From Callorhinchus milii (lineage: Eukaryota), in the NCBI RefSeq assembly GCF_018977255.1, contig NW_024704743.1:32180001-32244000 (forward strand): a stretch of DNA of 64,000 nucleotides, written 5' to 3'. This document shows positions 50,301-64,000 of this stretch, one piece after another. A program made the translations under genes and the position numbers. Below the pieces are notes generated by a model. It worked only from the letters and a program-made list of their open reading frames with translations. It ran no database searches and was not told the DNA's origin. The number at the start of each line of letters is the position of its first letter. Within the stretch, counting starts at the first letter, position 1.

Positions 50301-52727
50301 CATTTTCTTAGCAGATACTCTCTATTTGAATTAGTGTAAACCAGAATCATACATATTACAGGCCATCCGACCTAACCAATGTCTGCTGGTCCAAGCTCCT
50401 CCATTGGAGATATCTACCCAAATACCTGCTCTTTCCCCATAGCTCCTTGAACACGCTGTAGCCATCCTCCTCTTTCCCTGTCCTTGTAAAGCACTCACTT
50501 CGTGAAGGGCGCTATATAAATGCCAGTTACTGTTGTTTTATATTGATTCCCCTTGGATACTTATGCAATTTCCTACAGAGAATGATTTGCTCTTAGCTTC
50601 AATTGTAGCAATTATTCCATGATCTAATAACCTTCTTTGTGAAAAACCTTCCGACCTTCTCCCTTAGCTCTAGCTCTTTCCAGTGCCAATCCTGAACTTG
50701 TTACTACTACTATTACTACTAATAATAATCCTTGCATTTGATATAGCGTCTTATCACATCTTCGAGTGACTTTATTGAGTCACGTCTCAAAGCGCTTCAC
50801 AGAATATACTGTAAAGTGAATTGACTGTATTTTTTGTACTAAATCCATTTGTAAAATGTAGCTTGCTGAGATAGGCAAATATATGAAGAAAAACTTCCTG
50901 GTACTGTCTTAAAAATGATCCTTTTCAACCCTAAACCTGTCCAGCCATATTAACAATTTGTTACATTTGTGATTTTTCTGAGTCCCACTGTATGTCTGTT
51001 CAGCTCCATGATTTGTGACAGGAACCTTGTGATCTGCTTGCACACTTGTAGAGTCAAGTTCACTATTCTACACGTTAAATGTAACTTGAAGCTTTATCTG
51101 TTGTGATAGTGAGTGGTTGGGGCTGAATGCAGCAGATTTTGTTCCACACAGCTTGTTGGAACAGTTCTCCAATTGCTGTCACCCCTAATAAGTCCTGGCA
51201 TCCACCCGTCGCTTCACCTCGGCAATTAAACAAATTAAGAATTTCTATTCATATGGCTAGAATAACCATACAGTCATGTGACTCTTTTTCCTCTGCCCCG
51301 TTCATTGTATCTGCAGATCAGCTTATTGAACAGTGAGATGCCAGGGACTCAGTAGAAATGTCCTGTTGAAATTCTTAGGCCGACTGTGCAATATTATGCA
51401 TCTCATGTTTGTGGAGGAAAAAACAAGCCTGGGTGAATTGAAAAATAAATCTGTTACCATTGACCACTGCAACATCTCTGGTTAACATGAAACATTTCAC
51501 ATTCACTGAAGGAATTTTCCACTCTGCTTGGCTAGTAAGCTAACAAAATGCTCAATTGGGTGGAAGTAATTGCCCAGAATGGTTATGAAATGTAAAGAGA
51601 TGGTTTGTCCAATTACATGCCTTTGCAAAGCCTGTTCACATTCATTCAGGATGAATTTTGATTCTCCACCCTGTGCTTTAGTACTTGTAGTGTATTTTAT
51701 TGCAGATTATTTTAAATTGCAGGGAACAAACACTACAGTATAGTTCATACAAGGTGTAGTGTACTCAAATTAGTGTATCTTTACTCACAATAGAGCTTGA
51801 GTCACCTCCTTATGTACAGCAAGGAAAGGGAGATACAGAAGATGTTAGGGGGGGAGAGAGACGAGTGAGAAATTGGACCTCCTCTAAATGTTAAAGGTTA
51901 AACCAAGATGTTCCTGACTTGCCATTCCTCACGGTGTCTTGGCCAACAATCCCCAGAAAAACAGATAAAATTGGTCATTCACTTCTTGCTGTTTCCTGTG
52001 AGAAATTAGCTGTTGCATTCACCTACAAATATTCACTACACTTCACAGTAAAATCCTGTGTAGAGTTTTGAGACCTTTCAACAGTATGATAAAACTCAAT
52101 ATCAGAATCAAGTATTATTATTTATTACAGAGGAGAGTACGTTATCTGTACAAATTGAGACCATCCCCATTGTGGTTATAAAAATTGTGTGGATTATGGG
52201 TCATCTCGCAAAATACAAATTAGCTACACTACTAACCAAAATTTTCTGCTATCAGAAAAAAATTGTACTCTACTAGCCCTTCTCTTCAACCGCTTTTGCT
52301 TTCTCTCCCACCTTCCTCTCTTCCCCTCTGATTTTCTCTTCTTTCTCTCAGACTCTCTTCTTTCTCTTCTCATTTTTTCCTCTCTTCTGGATTTTTCTGT
52401 ATGTCCTGGTTCCCTCAATTATGTGTGTGTGTGTGTGTGTTACTATCTGTCTCAAAGTACTGTAATGTGGCTTTGCCTTTACTTATTAACCTATTGGGGG
52501 AATTGCATACTTATGCTCGAATTTTGCACTACACTGTATTTTCTCATGCCTCAACCTTAATTAATGACCTGCCGTGCTAAAAAATCTGAGATTGTTCTAG
52601 AATATCATGTGTTATTCAGCCTATTGCGTGTGTGTGGTTGACTTGCCTTATGCCATCCCATGAATGAAAATGATTATTTTCTAATTACCCGAATTTTGCA
52701 GAGCAATGTCCTTATTTCATACAAAGT

Positions 52728-53038
52728 GGTATATAGCTCAGTGGTTAGAGCACTCGCTTTGCAAGTGAGAGACCTGAGTTCAATTCCAGGCAGGGCGAAA
52801 CCTTGGGCAAGTTTCCTTACTCCACACGCCTAATAATAATCCCTCCAAAAAAAAAACAATAATAACTTGGTCATTTTCAATCCATGACTGTCTGTGGGAC
52901 ATTGCTGTGCGCAATTGGCTGCCGCGTTCGCCCACAAATATACAGTCAATTCACTTTACAGTATATTCTGTGAAGCACTTTGGGACGTCTAGAAGATGTG
53001 AAAAGTGCTATATCAAATGCAAGGATTATTATTATTAT
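52728..53038 (+). mobile_element. SINE family B (short form)
   Basis: Near-identical to the 60404-60718 copy. Confidence 0.92.
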
Positions 53039-56024
53039 GTAGCTGACATGTGAACATCACACTTCGACCACTTATCTTCCAAGAAGCTTTCTCAATAAAT
53101 TTACATTCGACCGCTGCTGGAGAACACTCTTTCAAGACTGATGTTTTGTGTCATGGTCAATACTATTGTGTAATTTGGAATTTAGAATTTCTTTCCCCAT
53201 CCCCCTAGGCTGGCACTCGGGTACACGACTGTTTGCCCACAAATATACAGTCAATTCACTTAACAGTATATTCTGTGAAGCGTTTTGAGACGTCTAGAAG
53301 ACGTGAAAAGCGCTATATCAAATGCAAGGATTATTATTATTATTATCCCTGGGGCACAGTTGGAGGCACTGACCAATAGGTCATTAAACCTAGGTCTTGT
53401 CTATGGATTCAGGTGGACATATACAATCCAGAGACTCTACTCACAAAGAGAAGGGAGTTTCGCCTGGTGTCCTGGCCAGCAATCACCCAAATAAAATTGG
53501 TCACTCACTTCATGGCTATGGAGAAATGCACAGTCATTACCTTTGACAACAATTCCCCCTTTTAAGTTCTTTGAGACGTTATGACTTTATAGGTGCTATT
53601 GTTAAATAATAATCCTTGCATTTGTTATAGTGCCTTATCGCATCATAGAGGTGTCTCAAAGCACTTCACAGGATATACACCAAAGTGGATTGACTGTTTA
53701 TTTTGTAGGTGAAAAAAGGGTTATTATTAATAATAAATAAAATGCAAACGTAGCTGTCACAAGCTGTTGCATCGGTTATTTGTTTTGAATAATGGACGTG
53801 TTTAGCTGTTCCATTTACAAACAATTTAAGATCTGTTTGGTCTGTGTAGATTGCTTAATGTTCCAGGTGACTGACTGAATAGCCTTTGAGGGCACTGGCT
53901 AACTGTAAGCAAAAAAACTTAAAATCATTTTGGTAAAAGGCTTTGATACCTTGTTTTGGAGTATCCTGCTGAAAGTGGACGTCATTTTAATAGAGGGGGT
54001 GGGGATGATGGTTGAGAAATAATGACTGATTGACTCTTCTGCATTTGGTTTCAAAGTCACAATGTGATCAAGTCTGAGCAGATATGTCCATTCCACTTAC
54101 AAGTTATACCATCCTCTGTGGTAATGTGCTTTCACTATCTCCTTCCCACAATTACTGTATATGCTGAACATGCTGTTCCCTTGTTTGATGTTGTGAAAAC
54201 AATCTGAAAGAAATAATTTGCGTTTTTATGGAACCTCATGACATAGTCACAGTAATTACTGTCAAGTGGGGTGGTTTGGTTTCGTTGGCAAACATAGCAG
54301 CCATACCCAGCATGGATTAAGGCATTTATCTAGCCAGAGTATAGTATACAGTAAATGCAGCCTGACATTGCTCATGGGTAATCTCCCTTTCTGGATGTCA
54401 AACGATGATTTAGAAGTTATTGCCCTGATGTTCATTAAGTTGTCTTGTTAGAGCATTCTGGTGTTGTTGCCCTGTCGTCACTCCGGAGGTGTTGTGCGTG
54501 TGCGAGGGCTCTTATTTGTCAAAGTTTTTCTTAGAGGCCCACTTCATTTCTTCCCCATCTGCGAGTCACAGACTCGACTGGGGGGGGGGGGGGGGGAGTT
54601 TCAGTTTCAGAAGCTCAATTGCACGTTGCCTAGAGAAGGTCGGGCAGGAGACGATGGAAACGTGAAACTGCATTTCTTTCAGCCGGCCCAAGTTTGAAAC
54701 ACGGAATCCAGCTGGGTGTTGCTCCCTTTGTGGTTCAGACCTTCTAAAATTCAGGAAATTGTTAGTGGTTCCAGTCCCCAATATTGCTATCATGTTGCCA
54801 GTAATGGGAATTTAACCCGCTCAATTTTCAGGCTCTCAACATTTTGAAAAAGAAATGCATTATGGGAGTGAGGGGACAGATGTATAATGTTCCTCAGATC
54901 ATTGCACATTTAAAATAGCTTTTGTAATTTGATTTAAAAGTCCGAATGACTGTTGTTTGGTGGGAGAGACTCCAAGAAGTAGAAGAGAGTAATCGAGGGG
55001 GGTGAATTTATGGTTGCAATCTCTAATTCAATGGTTCAGATGATAAACGACTTGAAGATTGACCTCCCCTGGTTTGTGAGATCAGATTACAACCTTGAGA
55101 TTACTCCTTGGTCTAGAATTTCACATTTTAGTGCTTTTGAATTTCAGTTTGAGACATATTTGGGAAGGTTGCATTTTTGACATTGATGCATGACATTCAC
55201 AAAAGGCTGTTTGAAATTTGTGATACAGGCGGGATTATTGTCTATAGTCCTGGTTATAGGTAATTAATTGTAGACTAGTTCTTCAGTGAACCTGTAGATG
55301 TGGCATTGCAGTCATCAGTCCTTGGTGTTAATACAATTCTCCAACATGGCTCACACTCTTAATCAGTATTGAGGTAAATGTGTGACTGCTGACACAATTC
55401 GTGACCAACACCAATTCAATAAATAATATGCAATAAACACTCCCTAGATTTTAAATAACTCGTATAATTAAGGGGTTTCAAAGGCTTTAATCTCAAGCAT
55501 TGATCATTGTATTTAAGACCAAGCATTGCTTACAATCTGTTATTTGAATCCATTTTCTATATTATATAATATTTATATTTACAATATTATCACTGTTTGC
55601 CATAGCCCGTGTATATTTTATTAGATGAAAGATCTTATGTTCTGTTCAGTATACGAATATTTGCTATTGTTCAAACGTAGAGCTTTTATTGTATGTTTAG
55701 AGCAACTGCAACATATTATTTTGCTCCAAATAAAGTTGCATTCCACTTTTCTTTGGTATCTGAGAAGAAATGCAAATGTTCTTCCTTTTCCAAATGATGC
55801 TGAAGCATTGCTGGATGTTCACTGGCAAAACAGCCATTGCATTTTACATTTCAAGCTCTCAGTAAATGAATATCAGCAATGTGCACATATATCCTTGCGT
55901 AGCATTACATTTGTTTGCTGACTTGTTATTGATACCAGTGGGGTTCGTACTTCAGTTCCAGTTAATTTGAAATCCAGTCTTATTTATCGACTTATCCTGT
56001 AAACTTTACTGTTACTCATGATAA

Positions 56025-56420
56025 CAACAACAACAACCACAAATTACATTTATAAAGCACCTTTCACGTCACAGGGATGTCTCAAGGCGCTGGACAGTTA
56101 ACAGTTTCACTTGAGCTGGGGGTTGGAATCAAGCAGGATGGGAGGGTGGCTGAAGGCACTGTCAAAGAGGAAGGTCTTGAGATGAGCCTTGAAGGAGGCA
56201 AGGGAGGGGGTGAGGATGAAGTTCCAGAGGGTAGAAAAGCTGAGGCCTGAGTGCCAATGGTAGAGTGGGCAGGGCGAGGGACACGGAGCAGGCCAGTTTG
56301 TACCAAGCGGAGGGAGAAGGCAGGTTATTGTGGTTTTAAATAGGTCACAGAGGTAGGGAGAAGCATGATCATGGAGGGATTTAAAAGTGAGGGCGAGGAT
56401 TTTAAGCTCGATCCCCTGAA
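56025..56420 (-). mobile_element. L2 LINE 3' fragment
   Basis: (CAA)n tail and body similar to the 6215-6730 copy. Confidence 0.8.
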
Positions 56421-59400
56421 GGATAGGGGTGATTCTATGACACTATCTGAAACGACAAGGGAGTTTCTCTCAGTATCTGACCAACAATTCCCCAAAGAAA
56501 ATTGATCATTCACATCATGGCTGGTTGCAGGACATTAATGTATGCAAATTGGCTGTTGCATTCACATAGTCTTTATAGTAGACTTGATATTTGATATAAA
56601 ACCTTCCATGGCAGGAAAATCTCAAAGTGAGATTTCTTTTCAATACTTTGAGATTTTCCTGACGTGGAAGGCTTTATATCAAATATAGGTACAATATAAT
56701 TATAATCATTGTATTAGCCAGTGCCTTGCAACATCCTCTCGACGTGAAAGGTGCTATACAAATGCAATTTTGTATTTTCATATTGTATTTGATATAGCTT
56801 CGTTACACGTCTGAAGGATGTTTCAAAGCGCTTCACAGGATTTACTATGAAATGGGGCGACTGTGTATTTGTAGGCAAATATATGTTTGTAATTGATCCC
56901 ACCACCCAGTAAATGTTTCCAAAGTTTAATCTGTTAATGCCTTTCATCATTTTAAATTCATCAATCAAATCACTCTCAGTTCAAGGGAATATAACTCAAA
57001 TATAACCTGAGTCTATCCAGCCTCTCATCATAGCTAAGCCACTTGTGACAGGTCAGCATGAAACTCATCCAGATAATGCTGTATTCAATATTTATGAATC
57101 CCTCAAATTATACCTTTGTTGAAGGTTACTAGTGAAATTAAAGTGAAGATAAGTGTAAAAGAAAGGGGCGAGGAACCGTGGCACCTAATCTGGCTTACAG
57201 GCTACCAACGAGAGAACTAGGGAAAATCAATTTCAAAGTTGAGATGGAATTTAACCACAGTATTTGCCAAATCCTGGACACTAAAATGCTACATAAATAG
57301 GGTACATCTAGGCCGAGGTAGAAATAGTCTCTTATTGACAAATATTCTGACATGGAGTCACTGAAAGATCTTGTTTTGTGTTCTCGGGAAGGGCCAACTT
57401 TAGGCTCTAATTTGCGGGTTGTGCTAACCATGTGTACCATCGGGGTTATAGGTGGCTTGAATGAGAGGAGAGTAATTAACAACCAACGTTAAGATTCCAC
57501 AATCTCCTATAATGTTTACATTGTGTAATTACCTACTGTCATTCTGGGTATCAAATTCCCTCTGTGCACATGCATAAGCCACATATTAGAACCTCATCAG
57601 CTGTGCAATGTTTACAGCTGCTCTTCCCTAAGTAGGAATCTATTTTTCTTTGATTATTAACATAGCCAGGTTTACGGCAATAACGGGCTCGAGGAGAGAG
57701 CAGGTTGGACACACAACGGAAACACGCACTGCTGACACTGAGCATTATTATTAGATTGCCCTGTTGATTTTAATAGCAAATGTCTGTTGATTCACAGTGA
57801 TACAAGTTTAAAAGGTAGCATGGCTTTATTTTTAAAACTATTAATTGCAAACTTTTGCAAGGACCTTTCCAGTAACATTCAGTACTGGGTGACACCATCA
57901 ATCTACAGACTATTTCCAGTGCGTCGTTTGGGAAGATAATAATAATCCTTGCATTTGATCTTGAAAGGAGAAGATTATACTAAGTCCTTTCAAAATTTCT
58001 GGTACCTCAACAAAATGCCTGGACAAATGATGGTCCTGAAAATTGAAAGAATGGAAATTCCTGCACAAATCTACGCTTAGAAACGTGCACGAAGTCTGTT
58101 TTAATTGCATGCCACAAATCAAGTACAAAGGGATCATTGGTGAATGGGGAAGTAATGGATTCCACTACTGTACAAAGAAACCGCCTGTTTATTGTATGTA
58201 CCAATGATGTAACCCGAAACTTTACAAAGTAATCTTCCGTAGTGGCTGTTCAGCCTTTGTTAGCCTAGTACATAGAGGCTTACTCCCAGGGATGGGCTCT
58301 ATTATATTCGTCAGAGCTGGGATATGGATAAAACACGTTCTTTGTCAGAAATTGCCTAAAGAGAGGTTGGTGATCCTCTCTGGTGTACTTTAGAATTGTG
58401 CGTTTTTTTTTAAAAAAAGGTCTTGGTGTCTTAACAGACATTGCTTTGGTTCAGCCCAGATTGATGGGAGGAAATTCTTCTCCCTCCGCTGACTATCGCA
58501 ACTTTGAATTGACTGTGTGCGCCTTCAGTGAATGTTTGAGTTTTTCAATGGTTGCTAAACAGGCCTGTAAATCTGGTTTACAGCCAACAAAGAATATTTT
58601 GTAAACGTTGCTCCCACGTTCCTAGATTGTGGTCGTTGGAAGAAAAGTTTTTTTTCTTGGCACTGAGGCCAATGTGATCTACATTGTGAGTTTTGCAAAA
58701 GAATTGGTGAACTGTAAACCTCAGATAGGTCTTGGCTAACCCTCTCCAACTCTGCTTAGTCAGTGGCCTCGCAAACGTAAGTGAGGTTGGCATGCGAAAA
58801 GAGTTCCACATGATTCTTGTGTGTGCTGGATTTTCCGTTGCATTCTAGGAGTATAGTGTTCTTACTGCCTCTGCATATTGGGTTAATTTGGCACAGTTTC
58901 CTACAGTATACTGATATTCTCAAAATATCGTCTGAATTATGGAGCAATGAGGCATTCTATTGGAATTGATCCTGTTTGACTTATTTTGGTTAGTTTGAAG
59001 GTCCTGGCCTTCGGAAGACAGTATCTTAACAGTGACCTCGAGGAATACAACAACAGCCACAAAAACTTGTATTTATATAGCGCCCTTCACACAGGGTAGC
59101 GTCTCGAAGCACTTTTGGCAAGGAATCCAGCCTCATTTTGGTGGAGGCTGGAGCACTGCCCACACACACCAGTTCCCTTTAGTAAAAAATTTAATTCTCT
59201 GCATTAATTCTAACCATTTCACCATTGAAACAATGAATTGCTTTCTGTGTGTGTGTGTGTGTGTGTATGTGGTAGGAGTCGTAACTAATATAAGTTAAAA
59301 ATATCAGTTTCATATCTGTCCTCGGGTGACACTGTGATTTAAAGACATCAAGTAGCAAGAGGGAAATGAAAGACTATATTATCTGGATGGTATCAAAAAC

Positions 59401-60403
59401 CGTTGTCAACATGAATTTGAATGGATCCTGTGCTCCATGTTAATTGACAAAATGTGAGGGGGAAACCCGTAGTAACAATGTTTGTCAGTGCAGTATAGGT
59501 ACTTGATGCTTTTCTTCATAGCTCTGCTGTGCATTACTCTGCCCTGTCTGTGTGCCTCTTCTGTGGAACTTGTGCAGTGCAGGGTTGCAGTGCAGACATT
59601 TTGAAGGTCATGTAGATTGTGGAGAGAAATAACTGGATACATGAGTACTTCTGTTTAGAAATGTCATTGCTGGCGAACATCTGACTATTTTTATCTGGCC
59701 AAACTAAAGCAAGTCAACTCCTGGATCATAGCCTACTTAAGGGGAGCAATTCTGTTTATTTTTTATATATAAAGAAATAATCATTTAAAATGTAATTTTA
59801 TTCATAAAACTTTTCCCGGATTATTTCCATTACTTGTGTGCTATTTTCAACCGAGTTGCAATACCTTAAAACTCTGGCTGGCGGACTAATGGGCGGGAGA
59901 GGTGGAGGAGGTTCCGTCTGGTGAGCTGGAATTTCCAGCTAAGTGTAAATACAATAGAAGTTTACCAACTTCCTTTGCCATCGGCTTTTTTCAGTGCCGA
60001 AAAATTACTGTACTGGTATTGTAATTGTTTGAATCCCACGATAGAGTATAAGCTGTCTTCTGCTCAGGGATTCAAAATGAATCAAAGTTGATATCCCTGA
60101 CCACTGAAGGGCAGCGAGCATGGTAAGGTGGGGGCGAAGGGAGGTGGCGGTGAAATGGGCTTAGTCAATAATGACCAAGAGAGTGAAAGTGAGGGGAATG
60201 ATGTGTTGCGGCATGAGGGCTTATGGATCACCTTGGAGGAATATTGCTGATCTTCCATTAAGAGAAAGGTGAGACTGATGTGGGGTGCGGGGTTAGTGGT
60301 TGAGGAATCGAATTCATATTTTTGGGAAAAGGGTTTATTTCTGTTTCTATGTTTGGAGAAACTCCGGGCTCTTTTTGAATAGTGCCATGGGATGCCATGC
60401 CAT

Positions 60404-60718
60404 GGAGTCCTGCAGCTCAGTGGTTAGAGCACTCGCTTTGCAAGCGAGAGACCTGAGTTCAAATCCAGGCAGGGCGAAACCTTGGGCAAGTTTCCTTACT
60501 CCACACGCCTAATAATAATCCCTCCAAAAAACAAAAACAATAATTAAATTGGTCATTTTCAATCTATGACTGTTTGTGGGACATTGCTGTGCGCAATTGG
60601 CTGCCACGTTCGCCCACAAAATATACAGTCAACTCACTTTACAGTATATTCTGTGAAGCGCTTTGGGACGTCCTCCCGATGTGAAAAGCGCTATATCAAA
60701 TGCAAGGATTATTATTAT
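60404..60718 (+). mobile_element. tRNA-derived SINE family B (short form), full length
   Basis: A-box AGCTCAGTGGTTAGAGC, anticodon-like arm CTCGC-TTTGCAA-GCGAG, B-box GAGTTCAAATCC, L2-type tail ending AAATGCAAGG(ATT)n; near-identical to 52728 copy. Confidence 0.92.
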
Positions 60719-63700
60719 TTATGTTTAATATCCACCTGAACGGACAGATGAGACCTCAGTTTGACATGTGGTGACAGCTGTATTTTAAACTGAGGCCTTG
60801 TCTACCCATTCAGGTGAATACCTGACAGACCTGGATGTTGTTCATTCTTTAGTAATGGAAGCTGCCTAGACTGCACCGGGCCCCAGTGTAGAACTGTAGA
60901 AGATCCGCAGTAGAAGTGAATCCAAGTTCGAGTGGGACCACCCTATACCGAATCTTAATTTCTGAGAGATATCCTGTCTTCGTCAGATGAATTTGCAGCC
61001 AGCAAAGAAGTGTTTTATCTTCTCTTGAGCAATTTATTCTACACTTACCTCAGGTTTGTCATTCGCTGCCCTTAAAGTGAATAATTACAACATATTTATC
61101 CATGTGGAGGCCTTGCAGCTGGTAACGTATCACATTCTGGTGAATTGGTGGGACGGCAGAACTATTTCCCACAGCCAGTACTAACATATGGTCGAGAGAG
61201 TTTATGAACTGGCTTGGGTTCTGTAAGAAGGCAAGAGTGCTCTCTGCAGAAGTTGGTGACATTGACAGAAAGCTTGGCAAGTCAATTAAAATTTAACTTC
61301 ATCTTTTACTTGGGAAGATCTCTGGCTAACATTGGTTGGTATTTTTACTGTGATCTATTGCACCAGTCACGCTTGACTGATCTCTTAGCTGGAGTAGCGT
61401 TAATTTCAAGCCTTGCACATATCTTGTAAGACACATGGCTATATGGTCAGAACTAGTTACTTGGGATCAGCACATGAGTTGTTCTTAAGCGCTCTGAGAC
61501 TCTACCCTGCATGGAGGGTGCAATATAAGTGCAAGTTGCTGTTATTGTTCTTAGGAGGTTAAGGCTTTGATTTCTTCAGCAGCACCTAACAGGGTAGAAA
61601 ATAGCCAGATCCCTGGTGTGGGACTGTGCTCTCAGCCAGTTCCCTGGTGCAGGACACTGCCTCCTATCAATAATATAGACTTGTAGACCCTTCTCATGTT
61701 GTACCTCTGGCTCTTTAAGACGTGCATGCATGTTGATGTCTTTCTCTGGATAGCTGATGCTAACCTGAGCAGGGATTTGGCAAGGCTTCCAGAGTTTGGG
61801 CACTATTCAACCTTTTTGTTGCATTTGAGCATCCAGGATGAGAGGACTTCAGATAAAAACTATTTCCCTTCTTTGTCCCCTCCCTCCCTGTGTCTTGCTT
61901 ACACACTCAATTGTTTATGTTTAATTCTCCACTGCTGTTAATAGCTGTTGAATGTTCAAGTACTCAGGAGAAGTATCAAGACAAGCAAGATATGATCAGT
62001 ATCTCCATTGGTTCAGATAACTTGTATAGTATGTTTCTGATTTGCCCCATCAGTGGAGGTATTAATGGTACCACTTGGATAACTGTTACCTAGGAATATA
62101 GGAACAGAAATAGGCCATTCAGCCCGTCGAGCCTGTTCCACCAATCTATTAGATTATGGCTGATCTGTACCTCAGTTCTATTTACCCGCCTTTGCTCCAT
62201 ATGCCTTGATACCTTTACCTATCAAAAATCTATCTCAGGTTCAACTGGAAAAAATATTTTGGCTCAGAAATATCTTTGCTGTACCAATGGATATGTCTGT
62301 TGAAGTGTTTTTTGTGGTGCTATACAAATGGAATTAGCTTTCTAAGTAGTATTTGGCCACATAACTTTTCTAATGAAAGTTATCTCTTTTTGTGCTGCGA
62401 TGATTAAATCTGAAAGCATTATCATTAGTGTGGTATGTAGTATTGTCTCGATTATACACTGGACAAGTGGAATTTTCATGTTCTTAAAGCGTGCATACAA
62501 TTGAGTTCAGCTATGAATTTTATAATAAGTTGATTTCAGAATATGGGGATAGAATTTATATTGCAGGATTTCACAAACAATTTCACGAATGCAAGTGGCT
62601 TATAGTTTTATACAGCAATTGTCTCCTATGGCCCCAAGTCATGGACATTTGTATCTATTTTCCAAAATTAGATTGCAGTTGATCTGACCCAAATTGCCCT
62701 GTGACCCCACTTCTTTCTGTGTCCTGGAGCATGTTATTTATGGAGGTCACAGACATGTTGAAACCAGATGTAGTGCTTACTCCACATCGAGTGCAGCATG
62801 AAACAATCTACAGTTTGACCCGTTTTACTTGAGTGCAATTAAGTTTTTAAAAAGTTAAATAAAGACCTTGCTCCTTGTACAATACAAGTTTATATTTATA
62901 TAGCACATTTCACATCAGGAGAATGTTCCAATGTACTTGCCAGGGGAAAGATGACTGAAGGCCCGGTCAAAGAGGTGGGTCTTGAAACTGTTTCAAAGTT
63001 ACGGGAGCTACATTACTGCATCTTCTTTTTCTTTCCATTCACTTTTAAGGTGCTGTCTCTTGTTCTTCTATTATCTAACTTGCCTAAGAATAATTCCACT
63101 TGCATAGGTAGTCTGAAATTAATGATACTGGTGGGTCACATTTCCAGGACCATTTGTAATTTGTACATTGTATTGTGATGGTCTATTTTTAGCCTTGACA
63201 TTTTTTTATAAATAGGCAAACCTTTTATAAGGTCTCTTTATTCCCATCTAATGCACCTCCTTTTGCTGCAATGTTAATTCGAACTTCGACTGGAAGTCAG
63301 GGTTGCCTGGGTCATTGACCTCAATATAAATTACTCCGCCACTGCTGTTTTATCAGCTCTATGCTCAAGTCTCCTAGTCATTATCAAGACCGCCTCAGGA
63401 CACGACACAGCATGCTGCTGCTGTCTCTGTCTGCAGACTGGTAAAACTCCTCCAGTCAAGACGGGCTCAGCCAAGCAATGACCTACAGCCATCCAGCAAG
63501 GGGTTTGCGACAACATAACAACGCTCTATTGTCGGAGATAATAGGTTACCCCAATTATCTGCATTTTATTTATGAATTAATTCAGGAATTGTGTCTTTGT
63601 CTAGAATGTTTTCCCAGGACATGATGTGACATTGTTGGGAATGGGCAGCATGTTTTACTCTCTCCTTCTCTTCTCTTGTGCCCACACTTGTGCCCCTCAC

Positions 63701-64000
63701 TGTGCCCACACTGGCTGTGTTGGATTGGTTTGGACTGTTGCCTTGATTGGTCCCTGCTCTACTATTTGCCAGTACAGAACAGACTGTGTTGTCCTCTCCA
63801 TGGTTTGTAATGTTATCCTGCACTGGAGAAATTATATATAGCAACGGAAATGTTGAGGGTGGGGGGGTTATTCATGTTCAGCATTGCTGCAGCTGGTTGC
63901 TGATCATTTCTTTGGTTCAATTAACCTCACAGCTGAGATCAATGCTGATCAATAAGGCTAAACTGCACTAAGATAATGTAATTGTCCAAATATAAGTCAC

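Noticed and set aside
60404..60478. tRNA-Ala(TGC)-like cloverleaf
   Set aside because: Continues into a SINE body and tail, is multi-copy and has an imperfect T-stem; it is a SINE head

Overview
Vertebrate genomic DNA, most likely a cartilaginous fish (inferred from the DeuSINE/L2/CR1 repeat landscape; species not determinable from sequence alone). Three genes lie on the + strand, in the order and orientation I recall for human 6p22.3. (1) A complete 8-coding-exon TPMT (1393-9588; 750 nt, 249 aa; all GT-AG). (2) The single-exon E3 ligase NHLRC1/malin (18263-19609, 448 aa). (3) The first two coding exons of the kinesin KIF13A (34013-34067, 34320-34416), followed by a >29 kb intron that runs off the window. 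The rest is mostly L2 and CR1 LINE fragments, two tRNA-derived SINE families sharing one L2-type tail, palindromic MITE-like elements and microsatellites. The points most worth a second look are: a ~1.2 kb structured GAT/GGT triplet array abutting the KIF13A promoter; two strong-Kozak uORFs around a (CCCTG)n tract in the KIF13A leader; a ~28-aa insertion inside the malin RING; a GPPF->GTPH change in TPMT; and two ~100-nt intronic hairpins. I found no convincing new multi-gene system.
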